DNA of 64,000 nucleotides, from positions 32,574 through 96,573 of the forward strand of contig CAZLUT010000001.1 in the NCBI GenBank assembly GCA_964562805.1, given 5' to 3'. Shown here in pieces: positions 11,301 to 19,500 of this stretch. The position numbers and the translations under genes are program-made. This stretch comes from an uncultured bacterium. Lineage in GTDB: Bacteria; Omnitrophota; Omnitrophia; Omnitrophales; CAZLUT01. The notes under the pieces were generated by a model. It did no database searches. It was not told the origin of the DNA and worked only from the letters and a program-made list of their open reading frames with translations. Positions within the stretch are counted from its first letter, which is position 1; each line of letters begins with the position of its first letter.

Positions 11301-13583
11301 AGAATCAATGAAACCCTCCCCAAATTAGAATCCGCAATCAGGGAGCTTGGGGAAGAGCCGGTTGCTGGTAAAAGCTTGGGAGAAGAGGAGTTTCGAGCAT
11401 TCTATAAAGATAAACTCGTTCGTATTAGTGGAGAGGATGGAATTGGTGAAGTCGTTGGCGTGCTTCCAGCATATCAAATTGTACGAGTATCACATCCTAG
11501 CTGGTCTGCCCCACAGCAATTTACAGATGATGAGCTCAGCCGCATCGAGGTTCTTAGCGAAGAGGAGGTTAGAAGAATCAAAGAAGACGAAAGGCGGGCT
11601 GAAAGAGAGTTTGAAAATAAGTATTATGAAAAATATGTGACTGTTGATGGGCGTGACGGTATATGGCTAGTAACTCAAATTATTCCATCAGTCCTAAGCT
11701 TGAAATTAGAAGCTTTTCATAAGTCAGACGTTATTTTTATTATGGAGGAAGAATTAGAACAAGTTCGGGTTCTTGACGACCAGGAAAAAGCCGAGCAAGA
11801 ATTTAAAGCGCAAAAGAAACCGGTTCGGGCTAAACAGCCTAAAAAGATCCCTCAAAAACCCAAGCCAAAAGTTAAGAGGCCCGAAGAGAAAAAGGCCATC
11901 AAGACCAAAAAGAAAAAGCTGGATTTTGCAACTAGAAAGCTTTTATCTTTGGCAATCTTGGAAGGAGCCAGGGGGTTGGCCGAAAACAGTATCCAGCAAC
12001 AGCTTTCAAAATTACCATTAAAAGTTATAAGTGATATTAATTTTAAAATTAGGCAGATTGAATCTGATGAGGTTCGACCGCCTCTCAATCCTTTCTCATT
12101 AGAGTCTTGGGCGGATTCCTTTCCGGCCCCCAAAAAAGCTTTTCTCTATATTGAAAAAGTTCTGCAGCTTAAGGAAGTGAGAGAGGAGTTTGCAAGAGAT
12201 CAAAGATCGCCAAGCGTTGCCGGTAAATCGCTTGGTGAGGATAGAGAAGTTATTCTTAAAAATATTCTAGAAACTGTTTCCGGAGAAATGGTAAGTGGGC
12301 GGGATGAAAATTATTCACTCCATCTTATGACAACCGATTTTATTAGCCAAAGGACGGGATGGAAAACAACAAACGTCCGTTTTTATCTGCAAAAAGAAAA
12401 AGATTCGAATCTTGTATCAAAAAGGGCTATTTTGACTTTGATATTTCCAATAACCAATTTATCCAAACCAATTGATCTATATGAGATAAAGCTGAATTAT
12501 GTCGATTTTGAAGATGGAGCTGGAGAGCAAAATCTCTCGGAGCAGGGTATTGGTGTTCAATTATTAAAGCTGGTAACAGAGGCTTTACCGGTGGGCACTC
12601 GAGTGGCGATGACTATCTTGAATGAAAGCACTCGTGAGGAATTGCTTAAGATGCTTAAGGTTGATCAAGGCCGGGTGATTACAGCGGACAACCTTTTAGT
12701 TGTTGAAAGCGATGCGGGAGAAGGCGAGATATTGTTTCAGGATGTTTTTTCAAAGACAACCATGGGAAAGCTAGTAGGAAGAGCCGGTTTTAAAGATATC
12801 CGAATCATAGGGATAAGATATGGTCAAGAAGGAGGAATGGAAGGGCTTCGGCTGATTTTGGAAAGCCCAATCAAAAGCGATGATGGCCAAAGGCGAATGG
12901 TGAATCATTTTTTAATCGAGATGTTCGCGTCCGGCAAAGAACCAGTTACTGCTAAAAGTTTGGGTGAAGGGGAAGACACTGAGATTGTTCAAAGAGTAGT
13001 GACGAATATCGAAGAGTCGACCACTCCATTCTACGGATTACTTCCTGCTTCTTTTATTAATAATTTTGTTAAATCATTCGGCAAGGAAGTTTTTAATAAA
13101 CAAGCTGAGCTCATCTTGGGGAATCGCACGAATAATCTCATTATTCTTTGGGATATCGATATTTCAGAAACCGATAAGATGGATTGGTTAGAAAATAATG
13201 GTCTTTCAAAATATATTGGCAAAAAGAATTTGATTACAACCTCACTCAAGCGCGGTCTTAAGGAAACGAATGAGCTGAGCGCGAAGGTGGATATCATAAG
13301 ACAGGTCTTGAGTTCGAGGGGAGTGGATTCCAATGCGGTTGGCCTATTAAAGCCTGTCGCTTCAGAATTTAAAACACCGGTCCTGTCATTAAAATCGGTT
13401 TCACCCAATGCTTTAGCATTGCTCCATTATCTAATTCAAATAGATGGCGATTTATCGCAAGATTTACTCCGTATTTTTAAGGTAGATCCCAAAACAGGGG
13501 ATTTCATTGCCGAACTTCCGGAATATCTGGAAGAGTTGTTTAGGCAGTATGAGGCTCAGGTAGAAATAGCGAGGGCGGCGTAA
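5355..13583 (+). CDS. Giant modular protein 1 (2742 aa): leader, 10 [GA]xSLG-delimited segments (HATPase, arginase-like, receiver plus His-helical domain, methyltransferase, GNAT-like, unknown), conserved C-terminal domain
   Basis: Uninterrupted 8.2-kb ORF with a hydrophobic N-terminus and 11 linker motifs. Recognisable motifs: LNELLKNS/DNGEG/GMG, HIDNHVD/DFDVD, VAEDE/FAD, VLDAGAG. Start may be ATG 5361. Confidence 0.9.
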   Translation: MLMRFLSNNKASRALTIYFLIFCFLATSNAVANPAFIQEETISPKKQTTKEEFLSELKLVESDLTQSRKRGEKDILISGLVERSRKIVGAKAASLGEVTPPEEIPLLHPANLEEIKERLEKELEGYLKPTFSIAPDIPETIWLGLYSGHLRAVLNELLKNSREAGATQVNLNFQMIDGKLIIKAQDNGEGVSYESLKKALLKAAQEERVIRNEDGILEVPFPRIADAKQILTTEEVLEFIKENEKLLPFISGLSVKGSFRGMGIAASWQIIKRHGGTMDYTTGPEGTTFTIQSPVSVKAKSLGSDFVIDSGRSYSFKDVEIEQRQYPVSSPASVVFPTVILEINNRAYEVGGENFLVITLANGKKIYWGGQHNLSYSFFFENFKEKAAELIEAGGVLWFHIDNHVDLGSYEEANRRSLDTGVWQKEIEHGYAHLSFANYMGYLLQTKVVSDLHRASSLEEIVEGKWAIDSPSVVDFDVDVILDNTGKTRLGLLEKAKLLSIFNQADVVFMTNSSELSAFNLGVPLHIDPHLAISTNAKFIQELALQSSLVAGKSLGKEEKKEISFSEINWNPFRKYGDWAGFFRGRTINQELDDIQEKAMAHLTMMYETALKEAKSFEMEELLEVAKDSARAKIEGMIAVRREGALENRLMDFVLRLNGSGVTLQTRELVKNYLKDFWDKASGVLSGREVFELEAQNAIRKASRLKVFRPIRTILVAEDEEVYLKDYKKVFERLGRDDIDVLYFPTRKKAITHLKTFGKEVDLIFADRSMVDEEEYKERLVAGLPADVDDGGLLIEEVRNKLNLKTPVVFVSGSRYGQNELDQFGNATQFSKAYLNPEHLGRLVQELIKILPEIPEPPDVEGLMSADKIKTHNDYLLDLLSFLGSLDRSEITTKINENLSPASWQAWVAHDFKTPIGVILQNVQLIEDYKKSDEAVPIKNIKRIIENYQKIKDALTVIDRAGEPIRPEYFDRLTHTGSKKDPIPYGDLTPHLVKRLFYDHPGAENNLAMFQATVPVVESAIEKLGEVIDEYAEEVTAKSLGELEKLAESIWPGNLLSKEEMEVAGMPFAVIRGKNYWILGDYLFINEEEWTAHKEELKEFKDSVVVAALTRGVLSEALDFYYNVHTRLAILLLQARSDLIKDKTVLDAGAGDSVLGAVASRLGAKKVIEIEKSGEWAAEARKLAKINEIENVEILEKDFSELEGLSAISNIDIVLASLNSNGVFQEENYIKNWHFLISDLINPDWYFFLGGVVEYSGAAQWVYDVMTQEKWQATVEARGSEGVRRTPVAHVFQNITKGKSLGEDETRREGRAYIKRLAGTVPFFIETKGEMISRLYQNTTSDEAKRMLLRPDVLPVLFGIKPAYIAYTGEPMPDPLSEEVFKMPEVRESLGLLFAGNFILSVRQVFNRLEQEGDFLVTHKIISKNELNSFVRNGPTPESLRAITDILRQYHANIPGRHILQGFILGYPLEEIVLAENTRGKKDEFLSQGGIVYEGDYGSFVMTKGSREAAELLLLWDTTAHYGYTVLSGEPDFEEMMDPDTLKTFKEIEGKSLGEELVLQWAQNIFGGKVIQGDDEAYRLFPSTSSSYIPNVVGIRLQKMDDPSNVSMRSVMTLALINSDGSAVKIGGFDFDKVTFKGPVKAMDLRGQKLGSQMMKILGDGLEKDALVIVDVRQKETNEKLYREYYVDRSGVLRRKADGLIMVDGKAAKGEISFEKVFSETLWGKLLRKAGLGNFQILTSGRLLKGVEALKYLLKNPEFPKANLKSPTYFIGAKKMTPATGKSLGAEERAEAMRQEAIDRTRKVLEITGKSLGEIPAEEGTAFERAGRHIRFIRNMLLAIRTLDSGSKLYYESLDKEGNKIGVEEILWDDWAVHTVLSYMSGLKRQYSFYEEHPEKIKIDLRKGSETFDLIEEFASFFKDNFPPIKSLAEKDPSEYAGNLPKKGDEADPVDYNQLGRYFARDLFINHPEAEDNWRIFQVAVTRINETLPKLESAIRELGEEPVAGKSLGEEEFRAFYKDKLVRISGEDGIGEVVGVLPAYQIVRVSHPSWSAPQQFTDDELSRIEVLSEEEVRRIKEDERRAEREFENKYYEKYVTVDGRDGIWLVTQIIPSVLSLKLEAFHKSDVIFIMEEELEQVRVLDDQEKAEQEFKAQKKPVRAKQPKKIPQKPKPKVKRPEEKKAIKTKKKKLDFATRKLLSLAILEGARGLAENSIQQQLSKLPLKVISDINFKIRQIESDEVRPPLNPFSLESWADSFPAPKKAFLYIEKVLQLKEVREEFARDQRSPSVAGKSLGEDREVILKNILETVSGEMVSGRDENYSLHLMTTDFISQRTGWKTTNVRFYLQKEKDSNLVSKRAILTLIFPITNLSKPIDLYEIKLNYVDFEDGAGEQNLSEQGIGVQLLKLVTEALPVGTRVAMTILNESTREELLKMLKVDQGRVITADNLLVVESDAGEGEILFQDVFSKTTMGKLVGRAGFKDIRIIGIRYGQEGGMEGLRLILESPIKSDDGQRRMVNHFLIEMFASGKEPVTAKSLGEGEDTEIVQRVVTNIEESTTPFYGLLPASFINNFVKSFGKEVFNKQAELILGNRTNNLIILWDIDISETDKMDWLENNGLSKYIGKKNLITTSLKRGLKETNELSAKVDIIRQVLSSRGVDSNAVGLLKPVASEFKTPVLSLKSVSPNALALLHYLIQIDGDLSQDLLRIFKVDPKTGDFIAELPEYLEELFRQYEAQVEIARAA

Positions 13584-16500
13584 TGCTAAGTGTGGTAAGT
13601 AAGTATAAGACGTTCCTAGCTTTTATTATCTACCCGCTTATCTTTTGCTTTCTCACTACAACAATTGCAGTAGCTTCCCCTATTTCACAAATTAAAACCG
13701 ATACTATCTCAGCAGAAAAGCAGACCCAAGAAAGAGACTTTCTTGAAGAGATCCGCCAAGTCGCGGAAGAGCTCGCTGAGAGTAAAGAGCGGGAAGAGGA
13801 AATAGTATCAATTGGAGAAATTGTTGAAAAGGTTAGGGGGTCCGAAGATCAAAGAATCAAAGCGATGCGAAAAGAAGCAATTGATCGGACAAGAAAAGTG
13901 CTGGAGGTTACTGGTAAATCTTGGGTAGCGCCGAGTTTGCCCGCTGTGGCTGGCACCGAGCACCGAGAGCTGAGCGTTACCGGTAAGTCGCTTGGCAGAA
14001 CAAAACGGCATGCTCTAATAAGTCAAGCCGCACGTGATATGCCGTCTTTTATGAAAGACAGGGCAAAAATGGTTCAGAGGCTTTACGAGAGCATTGATTC
14101 TGAAGAAGCTAAGCGAATCCTGCTTCGACCTGATGTTTTACCTGTTTTTCTTGGAATCAAATCTGCTTATCTTACTTATGACAGAGACCCTCTTATTGGC
14201 CCATTAAGCGAGAAGGTCTCTGAAGCTTCTGAGGAGTTTCACGACCTGGGACTGGTTTTTTCTGAGCGCTACGTTATCTCAATTGACTATCTCTTTGACC
14301 GATTTGAAAAAGAAGGCGATTTTCTTGTAAAGGAAAAGATTATTTCTAAAGACGAATTGGAATCTTTTATTAAGAGCGGGCCCACACAGGAGACGATGAA
14401 CAGTATCGACGGTCTTCTCGATCAATATCACGGTGATGTTCCGGGCAGAACTATTTTACATGGTTTTCTGATGGGTTATCCGCTGAGAGAAATTATATTT
14501 GCGGCCAGAAGTGAAAAAACTTGGGAAGGTTTTGTGAGCGAATATGGATTGCACGTCGTTAGCCCGGGAACCGAAAGAATAAATAGACTGCTTAGCGGCT
14601 GGGATATAGGAACGCATTTTGGTTATCTGACTTTGTCTAATGAGCCGGATTTTGAAGAGATGATGGAGCCTAGTGCGTTGAGAGTTTTTAAAACAATTGA
14701 AGGAAAAAGTCTTGGAACGGATGAGATTTTGGTGAAGCTTAAAAGCGCAAGGCGTATTAATGAGAATGCCAGAGAGTATGGAGAGATGACTTATCAGGAA
14801 GCGATTGAAGTTATGAAATCTTTGCCCGATGGATTATGGAGAGTTGAGGATAAAGGCGAGTTGTTAAATATTTTTAATGTTATTTTGGCGACCTTAGACA
14901 AAGCAGAAGAGACAATCTTTGAAGCTGGTGGAGCAAGCTTGTTTTATATTCATTGCACTTCCAGATTAGAAGAAGTTCTGGGGCGTTTACCCCAAGAAGA
15001 TCGGGAGGCAAAAAGGCTCGAACTCCTGGATTTGGTTAATACCTACATTAATCCTGTGGGAGAAATTAGTCAAAAAGCAGCGGCGCTTATCAAGGCAGTC
15101 GAAGGTTCAACAGACCGTTACCCATCATCTTTTGATGAGCCCGACGCTTCTTATGATGAACTTCTTCCAAAATTAATCTCACTTGTTAAATCTATTCATC
15201 CCAACGAAGATTCTAGGCTGGATCCTTATAATATAAAAATCAAAGCGCTTGAAACTATAGATGCAATTGTCCATTCGGGTTTTATAAGTGACTTCCGCGA
15301 AATTATTAAATTTTTACTAGCAGAGCTCAAAAAAATTGATGACCCTCGAAATATACGCACTTCCTTGGTAGAGGCGATTGCCGGAGTTTTAATCTCTATT
15401 TTGTATAAGCAGAATAATTTAAAGTACGAATATGGCGGTATTGATCAGGCTACGAATGTTAATTGGGCTCTAAGAAGGACGCTTGGCGCAGAGGGCGGCC
15501 GAGGGACAATATCTCTATTCGAAGCGTTTGGCTCCTTTGGCGACGTAAACAAAATAGTAAAAAGGTTGAGCCAAAACTTTGAAAAAGCGACAACCCAGAA
15601 GCAAAAAGAGAAGGCTCTTAAAGCAGCAGTTAAAGAAATAGATGCGTACGGGGAGTTTTTACAAAACGAATATGAGATATCACGTGTATTGGATTTGCTA
15701 GAATTTGGATTTGATAAAAAATTATCTAAGGATCAAAAGCTGAACAAAGCTCTCCATAAAATTTCAAATGTAAAAAGCTTTAGAGAAGCTCTTAAAGACT
15801 TGTTAGATTCAGTTACCCTTCCTGATAAACTCTCAAATCTCGGCACAGGCCTTTTTAAAGTGTTATCTTCAATAATTCAGGATTTTACGGAAAAAGCTCT
15901 TTTAACTGATGACTCTAAAGAATTAAAAACTATATTAAGAAATACTATTCAAAAAATGGAGGAATATCAGAATTTCTTGGCTGCAAAAGTAGCGCGCGAG
16001 GAGGGTTTGGAAGAGGAGGCCGAAGGCAAAAAGCGTGCCCCGCCAGAAGAGGAGATTTTTAGAGCAGAGGCGAAGAGTATGGGTGCCGCTTATTTGATGG
16101 TTGCTATAAAAAGTGAACCTGCTTTAGCCATAAAAGAGAATTTTGAAATTGTTCTTGAAGAAATCCACGATGCTAGCCCCAGGTCGGCAAGAGAAGCTTT
16201 GGAAGCCATACCATTTTTTATTAAAGCAAACCCTAAGCTTGCTACAAAAGAAGTCCTTAAAAATATTCTAAACAGGCTTTTCTTGGGATATTGGGATGAT
16301 GAACCACTAAAGCCTGATTCGAGTGTTTATTTGATCACACCAAATATTTTTATCCTCAGAAGTTTTTACGCGGCAGACCGCAAATTATTTAATAATGAAT
16401 TGTTCGAAATTGTCAAAAAATCCGCTGATGATAGCAATAAAGATGCCGTCGATATGGCTCTTCCGTTTTTTGCATCAAATATGTTTGGAATTGATATCGA

Positions 16501-19500
16501 TTTTGAAACACTTAGACCTCTGGAGCTTGCAATATCCGAAATCTTTGCCCTTATAGGAAAAGAAGTGTTTGTGTCTGAAGAAAGCACTAAGCATCTCGAA
16601 TCTATTCTTATCTCGCTCAGCGAACAACTGGCGGTGACTGAAGATGAAGTTGAGAGAGGAAAAATAATTTTGGACACGTTTAACAAGATGCTGGAGCTTC
16701 AGGAATTTATGAAACTGCAGAAAGCAAGAGCGCGAGGAACGCTGAGGGCCGAGGACGAGAAGAAAGAAGTCTCTGAAGATGAAATTTTTCGTGAAACGCC
16801 GAGCTTGTCCGCCGAGGCGGGCGCCATGCGTCCTGCGCCTCGCGTTACCGGCAAGTCGCTTGGTGCTGCTTATTTGATCGACGCTATAAAAAGTGAGCCC
16901 AGTTTGGCCGTAGAAGCAAACTTTAAAAAGGTTCTTAAAGAAATTCAAAATCCTGAACATAAAGAGGCAAGAAAAGCCCTTAGAGCCATACCATTTTTTA
17001 TTAAAGCAAACCCTAAGCTTGCTACAAAAAAAGCTCTTAGAAATATTTTGATGAAGCTTTTCTGGGGGTATTGGTTCTACGGCAAGCCATCGGCAGTTGA
17101 TCAGCCTATTTACTTAGTTAAACCAAACCTTTATGTCCTTAGAAGTTTTTATGAAGCAGATCGCAAATTGTTTGATGATGAACTATACGAAATTGTCAAA
17201 AAAATTGCACATGACACCCAAAGAGACATTGAGGATGTTGTTGCAGCGGTTCTTCCGTTTTTTATATCAAGTATGTTTGGTATTGATATCGATTTTGAAA
17301 CGTTTAAGCACCTAGAGCGTGCAATATCTCAAACCTTGGAAATCCTAGGTAATGAGGTGTTCGTATCTGAAGAAAGCACTCGGCATCTTAGATCTATTAT
17401 TATCTCGTTTAGCGAGCAGCTAGCGGCGATTGAAGATGAAGCTGAGCAGGAGCAAATAGTATTGGATACTTTTGGAAAAGTGCTCGAGCTGCAGGATTTT
17501 CTGAAAGCGAAGAAGGAAAGAGCTAAGGGTTTAGAGCTGGGAGTTGAGGGCAAAGAGAGGACGCCGCCAGAAGATGAGATATTTAGGGAAGCGCCGAGAG
17601 CGGAAGCAAAAAGTTTGGGGATGGAAGATGAGATTATAAAGGTGATTCAAGAGGCTCTTCATGTGAAAATAGAACGTCACATCCGAACCAAACTTATTGC
17701 CGAAGATGATGAAGATATTCAAAAAATTTATAAAAGGGCCTTTGAACAGCTAGCCAGAGATGATATTACCGTACTTTATTTTCCACACAGGAGAGCCGCG
17801 ATTAATTATTTGAGAGATTATGGCGATGAGGTAGATCTTATATTTGCGGACCGTGCAATGGATGACCGTGATGAGATCGATGAGAGAATAAAAGAGCGTC
17901 TTCCGCTTGATATTGATGATGGCACACTTCTTGTTAAGCAAGCTCGATCAAGGTTAAATTTAAATATCCCTGTAATTTTTATTAGCTCTACTATTTATAA
18001 TCAGGATGAACTCGATCAATTTGGGAATGCCACGCAACTCCCCAAGCAATATTTGGATGCAACAACTTTAGAGCACCTAATACAAAAATTAATTCAAATC
18101 TTGCCCGAGCTTCCTGAGCCGCCCAGTGTTGAAGAGTTGACGCCAGCCGAGAGAATGCAAGCTCATATACAATATTTAAGAGAGCTTTTTGAATTTTTGG
18201 GACCGCTTAAAAAATCCACCATTAAGGTGATAAAAAAGAAAGCGCTTCAATCTACCACCTGGTATTCATGGTTGTCTCATGGTTTTCAGAATGAGTTGTT
18301 GTCGATAGAGATTAGTATGAGGCGTGCCAGGGCAAGAAAAGAAAGGGGTCAAACTATATCGAGTGATACCTTGAGAAACCTTAAAGAAAGCTATGAAAAA
18401 ATGGAGCGTTCATTTGTTATTGTAGATCGCTTAACGAGACCCTACCGGCCTGAATATTTAGCCATGTTAACTGAAACAGGCAGTGAGGCTAGTCCAATAC
18501 CACACCCCAAGCTGCCCCTTTATTTTTCAAAAGCTGTTTTCGAAGATCATCCTAATGAAGCAAACAATCGGAAAATATTTCAAGCAACAGCGCCCATAAT
18601 TGATTCTACACTCAAAAAGTTAGGTGAGGCAGTTGATGAGTATGTGAGAGAAGCTGGAGGGGCGCCGGGTGTCACAGCTGCCAGCCTCGGTGGGATCGCT
18701 GATATTATCTCGCCTGAAGAAGCTGCGCCTTTAAGAATGGAATTAGAGGAAGGATTGATTGATGATAAGGCGCGCCTTAACTATCCTATTCAACAAATTT
18801 TATTGCATCAAGATATCCAACAAAAGAATAAGGAAATCGCATGGCTTATTAAGGTACGCGCCGATCACTTTCCAATTTTAAGTCAGCATGTCGATGAGCT
18901 TATAAGATTTGTAAACGATAATCCTGATTGGATGCCATCAAACGGTCTAGAACTATTAATTTTTCGTTTATTTGCGGGACATTCATATTCTGATTTGAAT
19001 AGAGAGAGCTTGGCAGCTTTCGATGAAGCTTTGCCCCCAGTTGTGCGTTTGTTAAGAAATTTTGATATCAAAAATTTGGTCAAGAGAGGTGTTACAACAG
19101 ATCGTGAAATATATCCTTTAAAGGTTTCTTCGTATTTTATAAATGATGCGAGCGAGATTCGTAAGCTAGGAAAAACCGCTCAAGATATTATTAAGAGAGC
19201 AGAAGCAAAAAGCTTGGGAGAAGAAACGCAAATTTTCGAGGACTGGCTCAAAGCGTGGGGCGATGTTTATGGGGAAAAGCTTGCAATTAATTTTGAGCCA
19301 GCCCCTCTCGGAGGGCTTGGATTTTTTGGTTTAAAAGATGAGGCCGGTGAGAAAGTTGCAGGAATTTTTTACAGTTATTTAAATGAAAATTTAATCAAAA
19401 TAGGTCTTCAAAGCACCGCAGACAATTACCGGAGAAAGCGGCTCATGACATTGGTGCATTTATTCTTATTAAATTATCACCCTAAAGTTACAGCTGTTGA

